A DNA stretch of 64,000 nucleotides from the human T2T-CHM13v2.0 reference genome, Homo sapiens: the NCBI RefSeq assembly GCF_009914755.1, contig NC_060936.1; one strand, given 5' to 3'. Shown piece after piece: positions 1-14,271 of the stretch; positions within the stretch are counted from its first letter, which is position 1, and every line of letters starts with the position of its first letter. Below the pieces are notes generated by a model. The model was not told the origin of the DNA. It searched no databases and saw nothing but the letters and a program-made list of their open reading frames with translations. Made by a program: the position numbers and the translations under genes.

Positions 1-650
1 AGAAAGGAAAGAGAGTTTCTCATGGTAGTTTTCCAAAGACCTGGTGGATACAGCCACCCTAGTACACAGAGGTGAGGGGATGGGGTAGGGCAGGGCTGTT
101 CCCCTTCAAGCTAAGCAAATGCATGCCTCTCAAGGATTAGCCGGGATAACCCTGGGCCAGCTCCACACTTGAGCCCAGGGATTGGGTATCACCTTCTGAA
201 GTGGTGCCTTCCTGGAAACAGAGAGTAGAGATACCTTCCTGACCCTGAAAACACCAGGCCTAGGAACCCTGGGGAGTGTTGATGAGGGCAGGATGCAGTT
301 TCAGAGAAGAGCAATTACACAGGTTCTTAATGGAGGCATCTGGCCCATTAGTGTTAAGAGGAGAAATCTTGCGGGGAGGGGGGTGGCTGGCCAGGACTCC
401 ACCTTGTTTCCAGGAAAAAGGCAGGCAGCAGGTTAACCCTCTCCTGACCTCGCTCTTGGGGTGACCACTGCATCAGCTTCATCAGCACCTCCTCAGAGCC
501 CAGGCCCGTGAGAGCACAGACATGGAGTTAAATTGACACTGGTTCAAATTCTCACTAATCCTAGCAGTGTGACCTCAAGTCACTCATTGCCCCTCTCTGA
601 GCCTCCCATCCCCCATTGTAAAGAGGAGGTGGGAGCGGTATATTACCTAA

Positions 651-964
<314 letters not shown>

Positions 965-1217
965 TCGTTGTGAGCTTTAAATGAGATACTGAGAACCATC
1001 TCAGTCACCAACAGGCTCTGTGACCTTAAGCAAAGTGATGGCACCTCTCTGAGCCTCAGTTTCCCCTTCTCTAAAATGTGCATAATAATTCATACTCCAG
1101 CAGGTTGTAGGAAGAATTAAATAATGTGTATAAAGTGCCCCCATCAATACCTGCCTCCTTGTAGGTGTTTAATACAAAGTGTCCAAAAAATCAGAAAATG
1201 TAGGTGAGACATATGTG

Positions 1218-1484
1218 GTTTTGTTGTTTAAGACAGTCTCACTCTGTCACCCAGACTGGCATGCAGTGGTGTGACCTTGGCTCACTACAGCCTTGACCTC
1301 CCTGGCTCAAGCGATCCTCTTACCCCAGCCTCCCAAGTAGCAGGGATCACAGGTGCATGCCACCACACCCAGCTCATTTTTGTATTTTTTGTAGGCTAGT
1401 CTCAAACTCCTGAGATCAAGCAACCCACCCGCCTCAGCCTCTCAAAGTGCTGGGATTACACAAATGCGCCATCATTCCCAGCCT
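1218..1484 (-). mobile_element. AluJ-like, internally deleted
   Basis: Alu consensus; flanking tgagacatat direct repeat. Confidence 0.88.
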
Positions 1485-2126
1485 GAGACATATTTTTAAA
1501 CAGTGTTTTAGTGAATATTTTCAAGTAATATGCTCTTTGTGTTTTTCTTCAAAACCCAGCTACATTTTCAGGCAAAGGACTCATAAATGTAAAGCAATGC
1601 ATCCCATTTTTAATCTGGGGGGAGAAGAACAATTAATACACTAGTTTCCCTGAGTTTCCAGACTTTTTACACACTCTTAGTTTATTTATTGTACTTTTAT
1701 CAGATTAACAATTGGACATACATAGGATGCTGATTTCCTTGAAGCCTCTCATTTGCCTGAGTCAAGACTTCCAGCTGGGGGACCCCTTCTTGTTTCTCTC
1801 CCTGCTATATATACAAATTCTCAGTAACTGGCATTGGATAATCTCATTTCAAATGGGCTCTATCACCTACTGGCCTGGTGACCTGGCACAACTTCCTAAA
1901 GTCCTGTGAGCCTCTGATTCCTCATCTGTAAAATGGGCTACAGAATATCTCATGGGCCCATTGCAAAGGCCAAATGAGATGATACATGCAAAATACTTGC
2001 GCATGCCTGGAGCATGGTGCCTGCTCCCTCACTGGGAGCAAGTACCACTACTATTTCTGTGGCTATTTTTGCGAAGAAAGTTGTTCTAACAGGATCCCAC
2101 TGTGTTCCCTCTCTCTGTCTTTGCAG

Positions 2127-2234
2127 CGAGCCCCTCTTCCGCCAGCTCTGTGCTCTCCACTGGCTTCTGGAGGCCCTGACTATTGACCACACCCACCACA
2201 CCATGAAGCCTGTGATCACCTGCTGGAACCCAAA
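2127..2234 (+). CDS. CCDC60: CCDC60 internal coding exon (108 nt, phase 2-2): EPLFRQLCALHWLLEALTIDHTHHTMKPVITCWNP(K)
   Basis: Pyrimidine tract + ttgcag| acceptor, aa|gtatgc donor; peptide recognised as CCDC60; phase joins next exon. Confidence 0.92.
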
Positions 2235-2399
2235 GTATGCCTCAGCCCTTCAACTTGTCTTAGACTAGCAGTAGGCTGGGCAGTGGGGAAGAGATTCCTG
2301 TATGTTCTTCCACTCCCTTTGCTGTTTTTGGTAGGTGGGCTGTTTCAGTTCCTCTTCTATGTGCTCTGTGGGATCTGAACAGGGGAGAACTAGAGACAG

Positions 2400-2540
2400 C
2401 TTATGCAGATTCGTGGGAGCCGGTTGTGTGCATCTCCTTCCCACATCTCTTCCCAACTCCACATTCAGTGACATCACATGGGTAGCTTGAAATCAGCCAG
2501 CCACATGGGAGTATTTACACCACAGAAATTGGCAAGCTAT
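2400..2540 (+). mobile_element. MER63-family (hAT) fragment
   Basis: catctcttcccaactcc...ggtagcttgaaatc...ggagtatttacaccacagaaattggcaa matches recalled MER63 core. Confidence 0.65.
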
Positions 2541-3173
2541 GGAAGCACATCACTGGATCCACAGCTTGACTGCTCTCCAACTCTCTTCTTGGACTGCGTC
2601 TCCCTACACTATTCTTTATTCTTCTTCCTTTTCCTCCTCCTTTCCCTCCCTTTTAATCTTTCTTTTCTTTTTGTTTTTGTTTTTATCCTTTCTTTCAAGG
2701 TTGTGTTTTGTTTTGCTTTGGTCTTTTTGTTGCTTAATATACATTGGTGGCTACTTCTCCACTTGGACCCAAGGGAATATTTGGTATTCAGTTCCCTGGA
2801 GCAGCTGGGTTTGTACAGGCAGAAGCTCCAGAACATGTTGTCTAGGTCAAGAGAAGCGTTAGGTGTCCGCACCAGAGGAGAGAGCTCACATAAAAGCTTG
2901 GACGCCACTGTTGCAGGAACAGCATTGTACACACAGGGCAGAACAAAGAACAGACAGGCATGTAAAGGCATTGGTTCTTTAAGAAGGGTCAGGTTGTTTG
3001 CAAGAAGAGGACAAACAAAAGTAAAGAACCCTGACTTGAAGAATCAGTTTTTCACTGTGAAAATCAGAGGCTGAGTTAAATAAAATAGTTCCCCACCCCC
3101 CGTGCTAACCCATGCCCTCCCATAGTCCTGCCTCCCAGGTGGATCCAGTCTTCCTCTTCCCAAAACCTGAGTC

Positions 3174-3463
<290 letters not shown>

Positions 3464-3926
3464 AAACGTTAAGTCTTAATTAACTTCTTCCTCTTGAAGA
3501 CATTTATTACCCATCCCCTAGATCTCCTCCACCCCCAAGTCATCTCTTACACCAGGACCCAGAGAAACTAACCTCAAATGCAACCAGCAATATCATGCAT
3601 CCATTGATAGATCAGTAACTCCAATCAATTCAGTGTTTTTGGTTGGGATAATTTTAAAACTACAGTCTCTTTTGATACAAGTGGTTGACAGACTTTATTT
3701 TTTTAAGCAGCAGACCTCATTTTTTTTTAAATAGAAACCTCTGTAATGTAAAACAGACTTTTCTAAATGGAAGTTCTTCATGAAGCAAGAGGTTTGGGAG
3801 CCTGGGAGACCTGGGACCCCTCCAACTTACTTCTATCCCCATCACGGCACCCTAGTTATTTCCAAAATGTCTTTGTGGCTTCCAGAATTTCCTTGAAAAC
3901 CACAGCCTTAAAACATTTTTCATGCC

Positions 3927-4226
3927 TTCTTCTTCTTTTTTTTTTTAAAGAGATGAGGGTCTTGCTCTGTTGCCCAGGCTAGAGTACAGTGTCACAATCA
4001 TGGCTCACCACAGCCTCGAACTCCTGGGCTCAAACAATCCTCCTGCCTCAGCCTCCCAGGTAGCTAGTACTACAGGTGAATGCCACCACACCTGCCATCA
4101 TACCTGGCTAATTGTTTTTTAAGTTTTTTAGAGATGGTGTCTTGCTATGTTGCCCAGGCTGGTGTCTAGCTCATGCCCTCAAGCAATCCTCCTGCCTCAG
4201 CATCCCAAGTAGCTGGGATTACAGGC
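3927..4226 (-). mobile_element. AluJ
   Basis: Diverged Alu consensus. Confidence 0.9.
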
Positions 4227-4651
4227 TATTTATTTTTCTCTAAAATAAAACTGCTCAAGTAATAAGTGAATACAATTTATGCTTATGGAAATCTTTCAAA
4301 AAATGTATAAGTATATAAAGTATGAAAGCCTTTATTCCCTCCCTGAAATCCCCTTCTTAAAGAAAACTCCTTTTAAAAGTCTATGATATGTCCTTCCAAA
4401 TCTTTCTAATGCCTTCCTTTTATAAACATAAACAGTCACATTTTTTAACAGAAATAGGATCATATCTGCATATTGTTCTCTACATGATTTTCCCCTTTAC
4501 AATAACCAATAGGCATCTTTCCATGATGGTATACACAGGTTTACACATTCTTTCAATGGCAGCAGAATATTCTATCATATGGATGGAATATACACCATTT
4601 CTTTATTAACAGACACTGAGGTCATTTCCCAATTTTTGACATTTCAAGTAG

Positions 4652-4995
<344 letters not shown>

Positions 4996-5582
4996 CCTTA
5001 CACATATCTTTTATGCCCAGTTACAAGTGTTTCTGTTAGCTGGATTCCGGGAAGGAGAATCACTAGGTAAAAGCAATATCTTTTTTTTTTTTTTCCTTAC
5101 TTGATTGCTTACATTCTAAGAAAAAGGCCTCTGAGCCAGAGGGCTCCTGACAGCATTTCATCTCCCTAAACAAACCACCAACAGCAACATTTTCCTCCTA
5201 CATGTGGGCACCCATTCTCCAAAACTGAGAAAAGAACATCATGTGGAATTTGGATTGAGAAGAGAAAAAGGGCCATGTTTCTTTCCTTTGGTTGGTTTTA
5301 GAAATGTGCTCAGAACGTGACCAAAAATTGTTAACTGCAGTAAAAAGACGTAGTGGTCACATTGAGAGTAGCAGATGTTCTACCATGACTTGTAGTGGCA
5401 GAATTCTATCAGCGCTCCGAGGATGCCCAGCTCTATAAAATCAGAACCTGAACCAGACCTAGCCACCTGAGGTAAAAAATGCAGTCCAGGAAGATTAACA
5501 TAGGAAGTCACGGTATTTGTTGGGGTTGTTTTTTCTAGCTGACTATTTCTTCCTGGTGGGCATTTTAGTTTAGGGTCAATGA

Positions 5583-5785
5583 CAATGCTGGTAAATGTTT
5601 TAACAACCAGTTCTCTAGGAGGTGAAGAACAATGATTTGTGACAATGCCAATTTCCACGGTGTAAATACTCCCACCGTGGCTGATTTCAATCTTACCAAC
5701 ATGGTATCACCGAACTTGGAGTTGGGAAGAGAGGTACAGAATCCGTTCTTATGAGCCACTATGAGCCAGCTCCAGCACACCACTG
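5583..5785 (-). mobile_element. MER63A-like (hAT) with both termini
   Basis: Ends ...tgctggtaaatgtt and ccagcacaccactg; same core as 2400-2540, inverted. Confidence 0.7.
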
Positions 5786-5989
5786 TTCGGGATTCATTTT
5801 TAAAAATTATGAATCTGGGGGGCAGTTTAAGTTCTCTATAAAGTATAAGAAAACACCTTTTCAGTTATAAGAAAGCAGAAAGAGCTCTTCTCTTCAACAC
5901 TTAATCCCTATTTATGACGTTTCACCCTTATGCAGCAGTGTGAATTTCCCCAAATCTTCAAGTGCATTTTTTTAAACCCAGAGGGATTA

Positions 5990-6220
5990 GAGTGATTAAG
6001 AGCAAAGGGTTTAGCATCAGATGAACCCAGATGAGTCAAAGCTCTGCCACTTAATAGCTGTGTGACCTTGGGCAAGTCACTTGACATCTCTGGCCCTCTG
6101 TTTCTTCATTGGTTAAATGTGTTCCTGCCTCAGAAGTTATTGTAAGAATTAAGCAAAATCAAGTCCATAGAGGATTTAGCCTAATATCTGGGAACACAAT
6201 GAATGTTCATTAAATAACAG
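5990..6220 (+). mobile_element. MIR
   Basis: gctgtgtgaccttgggcaagtcactt core. Confidence 0.75.
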
Positions 6221-7149
6221 CTATAAAATGTAAAAATCCCTATTTTAAAGAGAAGTTAGGTGTACGATTATCAGTACCATTGAGACTGAAGGCTAGGAAA
6301 GAAAGGAACTTCTGAGCAGAATTTTACCAACAGGTGAGACCTATGTTCACTGGGTGAACAGACAAGTATGCAAACAGGGAAAAAAGGCTACAGAAGGTTG
6401 CCCAAAACCTAGTTGCAAAGATAAACAACCCAGGTAATGAGCCCAAGAAGGTAATACCTAATCTCCAGTTCTCCTGACTGTGCTTTTCTGAGTCTCCATC
6501 ATCAAGCAACCAGTATCTCCTGTTACTAAAGCATTTTGACACTTAAACCCTGAGCCCTGACACCCACCGTGCATTTTCCAAAAGGAGATATCCATCCTTG
6601 GGGACCTGTAGATCCCAGAGGCTCCATTTCAGTTAGGCATAATGACAGCTGTAGACCCAATCCCTCCCCCTTATGGATTTTATAGGAAGAAAGTCGGAGT
6701 GGTTCGATACCTCAATGAGGGCTTTCTACAGGCAGCAAAATTTCACTAACCAGCAGTTACTGTGCTGCAAGCAGAAGAACAATCTTTGTTAGTTGCAGGA
6801 TGATCTCATATTTGGATGGATTGGTGGATGTTTGGGTGAATGGACAGATGACAGATTTTAGGGTGTCATTATGAGTTGCATCTGAGTCTCTGCTTTATTG
6901 AGAAAAAAAAAAACTCCTCAACTTCCCAATTTCATCATGTGGCAATTTAAACACATTATCACTATCATTTCTCAGCATCCTTGTTAATTCCACTGCTAAC
7001 AAGAGAGTTTATTTCAATTGACAAGATGATCGGGTCCACAGTAGAAATTGAAACCAACCCTTCAATAATGAATGTGCCAATTACGTTTCTCCAAGAGATA
7101 TAAGCCTCTTTTTAGGCAAAGTAGGATCTGATTTTTTCATGAATGCCCA

Positions 7150-7487
7150 TAAGTATTTATTCAAACCCTTAGGGCCAACTGCATTTCAGAATTCTGAGGG
7201 TTTTTTTTGTTTTGTTTTGTTTTGTTTTTGCATTTTAAAAAGGAAATATGATACATGTGCCATATAGAACATCACACTCCCAGAGGGGCCTGTCATCAAA
7301 CACAATATTTCTGCAGAAAACAAATAAGTGAATATTTATCTTAAGTGCATAACAAAGGTCAAAAAAAGGCCACTAACAGCCTCCCATCAGTTTCTGTCAT
7401 GCTTTGCTACCAAATAAGCCATTTAAATTGTTTTGGTTTAAAGACTCTTTGGATTTTGGAATTGGTTAAGTGGTTGTGAACCTGTAT
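7150..7487. mobile_element. MER46/Tigger-like DNA transposon relic
   Basis: Tigger-like terminal motifs (ggattttggaatt...aacctgta). Confidence 0.45.
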
Positions 7488-7879
7488 TGATTTTATTCTT
7501 ATTAGAGACCAAATTTCCAAGAACCAACCGAAGACCTACCTAGAAATGAGTAGACTTTTACAGAGTCACAGACATCAGCTGTGGGGAAATTTGACAAGCT
7601 CTAATGCTGCCTCCCCTACCCCTGTGGCCATCTTCCCTAGTTACAGTGGAGAAGAAACAGGCCAGACCCCTGGCCAAAGAAGGGAGTGAAGAGTTACCTA
7701 CTAACCTTCCAGCAGGTACAGCACACACCTCAAAGGAGTTGTTCCAACAGGCTCGAGTCCCCAGAGTCCTGTGCTTTCCCCTGGTGCCACAGGGGCAGTA
7801 CAGTTGTCTACGTCTTATTGCTTCAGGCTGTCCAGAGAGACACCACTGGGCCCACTGTTTAGTGGGGAGACCAAGTGGG

Positions 7880-7939
7880 TGTAATCCCTACGCTTACAAT
7901 CCTGATTCTTATAATCCTGACTCTTGTAATCCTTACTCT
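7880..7939 (+). repeat. 15-bp x4 degenerate tandem repeat
   Basis: tgtaatccctacgct/tacaatcctgattct/tataatcctgactct/tgtaatccttactct. Confidence 0.9.
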
Positions 7940-8066
7940 TAAGAGACACCAGACATTCAAGGGCTGGGCTGTCCAGGCACAAAAAATCCACCCTTCCTTT
8001 AGAAATACACATATGAGTAAAAGGCAACCAACCACACTTTGAGGTTTCAAATATGACACAAACATC

Positions 8067-8352
8067 AGCCAGGCGTGGTGGCTCATGCCTGTAATCCCAG
8101 CACTTTGGGAGGCCGAGGTGGGCAGATCACCTGAGGACAGGAGTTCGAGACCAGCCTGACCCACACGGAGAAACCCCATCTCTACTAAAAATACAAAATT
8201 AGCCAGGCTTGGTGGCACATGCCTATAATCCCAGCTACTTGGGAAGGCTGAGGCAAGAGAATTGCTTGAACCTGGGAGGTGGAAGTTGCGGTGAGCCGAG
8301 ATCATGCCATTGCACTCCAGCCTGGGCAACAAAAGCAAATCTCCGTCTCAAA
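8067..8352 (+). mobile_element. AluSp-like lacking a poly(A) tail
   Basis: Alu consensus; 21-nt flanking direct repeat at 8047-8067 and 8348-8368. Confidence 0.93.
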
Positions 8353-10284
8353 TATGACACAAACATCAAAATCCATCTACTGTTTTATGATGAAAATGGC
8401 TGGCACTTGAGTGCTTTCTATGTCAAGCACTGCTCTGGGTGTATTACCTCATTTAAGCCTCATTCCAACTTACCAATAAGGAAACTGAGGCATAGAAAAT
8501 TAATTTGCTCAAAGTTGCACAGCTAGCAAAAGGTAAGGCAGGATTCGAACCCAGGTAACCTTGCTGCAAAGTATGGGTGCTTCACCCCCAAATGGTTGTT
8601 TCTCTGTAGGTAAATCCCAAAGTCTTTAATCAACTTAGAGAATAATCTGATGCCCCGCCTCGAAGAAAAGAAGATCTTATTACAATGTGGTACTTTCTGG
8701 GAGGCCCCAGGATACAAAAGGGACTCGACTTACCGAGATGTTATCACATATAAACTGCAATTTTCTTTTATAAAATAATTTCAAGTGCCATTTTGCACAT
8801 ACTGTTTTGAAACTAAATTTTTGCTGTTTGCCTTAGTATATAAGGAGCATCTCTCCAGATCTGAACCTCTGCTGTGGCGTTTATCAGCATACGAATGTAC
8901 TGAAACATATTTAACCAATATTCCAAGACCTTTACGTCTTTTCCAAGTTTTTGCTTCCATGAAATACTGTCGCAATCGTTCTGAGCAGCACTCATAATAG
9001 CATTTTTAAAATTTAAATTGTTTATATTTAAATTAGTTTTCCCTTATCTTGTGGTACTCCTCCCCCCACAACCAAGAAAATCTCACTTTCCTCAAGCCTG
9101 GCTTTTCCAGGCACTAGTGGGAATACTGCCGTGAAGAAAACAGACAACACCCCAGCTCTCAGGAGCTTCCATTCTACAGGGGGTGAGGGAAGCAACAGAT
9201 GATAAACATGCAATAATCAAGATACTTTGAGATAGCAATGTGTCATGAAGAAATTGATGGGTGATGTGCTAGTGATGGGCAGGGGAGTTTTAAATTGGGT
9301 CATCAAGGAAAGACTCACTCAGACAGTGACATATGAGTGAAATCTCTGATTTCCCCTGCTCTCCTCTTTGCACTGATTTAATTGCATGGCTCCTCCACTG
9401 TGGTACTCCAGTGGACATCTCTGTGGAGTGGGAGAATGTGGCAGGAGGATCAGATCATCACTCAGGAGGTAGGATGGAACCACCTGGTCCAGGAAGTCCC
9501 CAGAGCTTTGACCTCTGCCCCCGCCCTGCTGCAGAATCAGCAGCTCTTCCCCTCCGTCATGGACATATGAGCACGTCCTAACCTAGCCTACAGCTTTCCA
9601 CCCTGGGAAGCAGATGTTTTACCCCAGATGGGAGTTCAGAAAGAGAGCACGAAGTATTTGAGAAAATTGCTCTGAATTGCCACTGTGGATAGACATCTTC
9701 AAGTGACAGCCTGGAACAAAATGTGCTTGGCGGATATAGTTAAAAGAGATTTGACAGTGCTCAGCGCCCTATTCCCTTGATTTCTGGCAAATAGGATCCC
9801 CTAGGAAGCTTCAGCAGGGGAAAATTACGGTCTGAAAGTTATAGCTACATCTCCCCCAAGGATCTGCCCTAGTACCCTGTTGTCTACCATCAGCTCCTCC
9901 TCTAAGCCACAGTAAATCTCTGTTGAAAAGAGAAGGTTATTGTTGTTAATAGCTGAACTGTATTCAGCTCTCTGTACACAGCACCCATGAAGCCCTTAAT
10001 AAGCCCCATTTCTTTTCATCTTCACGGCAATCCTTTGTCATAGCTGCTATTATTCCCCCATTTTACAGATGAGGACAGTGAGGTTCAGAGAGACTAAATT
10101 ACTTACACCAAGTCACACATGTAGGAAGCAGTGGGGAAGACAGAGGACTCGAACAGCTGGTCCAACCTATTGTTAAATTCACTCTTAACCACTAAGATAA
10201 CACTTTCCTGGCCTTGATACTCGGAGACTTGCCCGAGGTCACACAGACAGTAAATCACAAGGATATTAAATGGGTGAGCTAAGT

Positions 10285-10600
10285 AAGTTAGGCTGCCATA
10301 ATGAACAACCCCCAAATCTCAGCAGTTTAAGGCAAAAAAAGCTTGTTCCTTGGCTCACCTTTCAAATCCAACAGGGAGGCTCTACTCTGTAGTTACTCAG
10401 GGACTCATGCTGATAGAAGCTTCCACCATCAACGAGGCAGAAAAAGGAATCCGATGACTTCAGGACTAGCTATTAAATCATCTACCCGAAGTCCCACATG
10501 TCACTTTCACTCATGTATTTTTGAACAAAGCAAGTCACAGTGCTACACTTGCCTTCAGAGAGCAGAGAAGGCCTGGAACTATTTGGTCGATGGCACTAAT
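10285..10600. mobile_element. MLT1-type (MaLR) LTR relic
   Basis: ggctgccataa...ccccaaatctcagcagtttaa...aaagcaagtcaca motifs. Confidence 0.5.
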
Positions 10601-11559
10601 GCTTACCCCACCAGGCCAGGGGGAAGGACCACCAACCCTCTCTGCCCTCCTCCACAAGGTATGCAATGGATGATGCAGCTTAGGTGGTTTTATTTTTTTC
10701 TTCCTTCCCCTATTGATCTTCCTTTTTGGGTTATTTGCTACTGAAAATGAAACATCAGAAAGACCGATTCCAGCTAACCAGGCCTTTTCTTTATCAATGG
10801 GTTTGCAAGAGCAAGGGCTCCGAGCTTTTTAAGGTCTGTGGGAATCTTGCTGCATTTTGAACTCATTTAGCCTGCTGCTTGAAGTCGCAATAGATTTCAG
10901 GTCATCTTGGAAGTCAGCATTAGTGGAAAACTTCCATCTTCCCGATTGGACCTGAATAGTTAAGATTTTGAAAGCTTTGCTGGGACCAGATTTAATTTTA
11001 AAAGGGGAAAGGGGGTTGCTTTTGAACTTCGAGAAGAAGGCTGGAGGCTCAGCAGGGGCTGCGTTAGCAAAGGGAAATGCGAAAAGCCCTGTGGTCTTGA
11101 AAGAAATGCTCCAAAGTGAAAAAAAAAAAACACTAAAGCTTCCAGTGGGTGAACCTTAAATCAGACTTCAAAAGCACTGCTAGTTTAAATATTGTTTATA
11201 GGACTGAAGGATTGCTCCTTCTTCTGGCTGGATTTTAAATATCCCCTAATTTGATTACTCGGGGGAGAGGCAGGCAGAACCAACTTAAATGAGCTTCACT
11301 GTTAATTATTCAGAGGGCTTTTTATTGTGTAATCAAACATAAAGTCTTACAAAAAGCTTAGAGGCACATTCTCACCCCACCTCACCAGCCCGACTTCCAC
11401 TTTGGGTCTGTGTGCATTTCTTGTGTGGTGGCTGTTCGCTGGTAGATCTTCAGCAAAGTCCCACTGGTGAAGAGAGGACACCCCCAACTCCTTATTTGGA
11501 CTGGGAAAAGCCTTTGATTCTGCTACTCAGATCTCCATGCCATGAGAAGTCAGCCTTAA

Positions 11560-12038
<479 letters not shown>

Positions 12039-12642
12039 TAGACAAATAATTAAAAGGATCCTTGTGATATAAAATTCTTTCTGCAAAGAAAAAGGGAATA
12101 AAGAAACAGATAGGTGGATGGATGAATGGATGAAAAGATATATATGGACAGAGAGATTGATAGACCAATCAGTCGATCAATCGATATGTAAAGGTAGTTG
12201 AGAGATCACACGTTGAGACTCCCTGCTTTCTTATCAGTAGAGACCCACTTCCCCATAGCCACAAGTCCAAAATCCACAAGCTCTGAAAACTCAGTTTTTT
12301 CATAACTCATTTGGCAGCAAAATCTGACAGGAACCAATCGAAGTTGGCAGCAAAATTGGACTTGAAGCTACTTCTGGTCTTTATTTCTCCCACCTAGTGT
12401 AAATATCCATGTGTTTCATTGCAGAAATATTCATGTATTTGGTTACAGGATGCTGTCCCTTTAGCCCCCTCAGAGGGATTATGTTAACATACAGTATATG
12501 CAGCATGTTTCCTTTCCAAAATGCCAAAATTATTAATTTGGCAACAAATCTGGTCCCACAGATTTCATACAAGGAATTATGGGTGTGTCACCAACAGAAC
12601 CTACTGGGCTTCAGTCTCCTATCCAGAAAATTCCCAACCCAT

Positions 12643-12812
12643 GACAGGAGGATCCAGGTTTTGTGGAGCCTGAAGCTTATTTAACTGGGGAGAGGGCATT
12701 TTAAGAAAAAAAAATACAAAATTACAATACAAAATTAGGTACAGGATCCTGGAAGAGGGACCCACACTAGTGAGGAGCCCTGAAGCTTTAGCTTCATTCG
12801 TTTCACTGTAAG
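12643..12812 (-). mobile_element. MER53-like (hAT)
   Basis: ggatccaggttttgtggagcctgaagctt...ccctgaagctttagcttcatt matches recalled MER53. Confidence 0.7.
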
Positions 12813-13445
12813 TAAGTGACTTAAACTCCCTTAGTTTGTTTTCTCATCTGAAAATGGGATGACAATGACTACATCACAAGGTTATAGTGATTGAGATGAT
12901 ACAGACAGAAGGCACAGAAAGGTGTTGCACACAGTGTCGTAGAGAACTTATGCCCAGTCAACCTCCAATCAGTGATTTTCATTGTGCAATCCACCCCCAT
13001 CAGCCCCACCCTCAATCCCACCCAGTAATATTCTCTGTGTGTCTCTCAGAAATGTCCCTGATGGTGGACCCCTTGGGCAACAGAAAAAGCAAAGATTTAG
13101 AAATGAACATGCTTTTCAATTCACCCCTCAGGAGTAATCGCAGACCTGCCCAGGATTCTAGGAGAGGACCGAGTCTAAAATACAAATAGATGCAAAAAAC
13201 ATGCAAATATATACCACCTCCCTCCTCCACCCAGTAAGCAAAAGTCTCTCCAAACCTCGATTTCACTCAAAAGAGCCAGCTATGGAGAACTATCCCCCCC
13301 ATTTCTTCACAAGTAGAGGAGTGGGGGAGGAAATCCTAACAGAGCCCAGCCACCATTCCTCCTCTATTTATTGCATTTCTTAAAAGAACTTGTAATAAAC
13401 CAAGACTCTGGAAACGGAAAACTCATTAAGCTGTTTCTCACTCAG

Positions 13446-13536
13446 GGACCCGGGTGGAAGCAAGAGCACCATTAAAAAAATCAATAAGGACAAGTCCATG
13501 GGACAGAAATGGGAGCATTTCATCACAGCGCCAAAG
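13446..13536 (+). CDS. CCDC60: CCDC60 coding exon (91 nt): DPGGSKSTIKKINKDKSMGQKWEHFITAPK
   Basis: ctcactcag| acceptor, aag|gtaacc donor; phase 2 in, phase 0 out. Confidence 0.92.
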
Positions 13537-13939
13537 GTAACCAACAACACGCGACTCAACCCTTTGGCTCCTAGGTCCCAGCTTGTGTTGAGGAGTATTT
13601 TTGCCAGTCTTTTCTCTGATGGGAATTTTTTTTTCCTAGTTGGTTCTCGGAGTGAAGGGAAGTCAGAGCCACAGGCTGTTGGATGGTTTTTGTAAATTTT
13701 AATTAAAACAGTTATCTAGGGATTATAGGAGAAATGACATTTGGCTGGACACTACATAATGGGGACAGGAGGGGGTGCTAAGCAGCTGCTTAACAAGATG
13801 TCACCAGAAGGAAATGGACTCACCTCACTCTATCTTCTAAATCAATAACAGTCATTTCTTTCTCCTTCTCCCTCCCTCCCTCGCTTCCTCCCTCACCGCC
13901 CCCCACCCCCACCCCGCTTTAACCCAGTCAGAAAATAAA

Positions 13940-14271
<332 letters not shown>

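Noticed and set aside
76-95. G-quadruplex motifs (also ~35620-35645)
   Set aside because: Pattern present, but such motifs are very common and nothing here links them to function.
2478-3074. 198-aa ORF (+)
   Set aside because: Starts in a MER63 fragment and runs through a T-rich low-complexity tract (F/L-rich); no recognisable protein and no exon structure.
7880-7939. Possible CRISPR-like array
   Set aside because: Contiguous degenerate units with no spacers, in eukaryotic DNA.
7859-8338. 159-aa ORF (-) and the many similar '[13 protein letters not shown]' / '[14 protein letters not shown]' ORFs
   Set aside because: Standard antisense-Alu translation artefacts.
10740-11340. Repeat-free block that might be an enhancer or exon
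   Set aside because: No convincing splice pair, ORF or motif cluster visible without conservation data.
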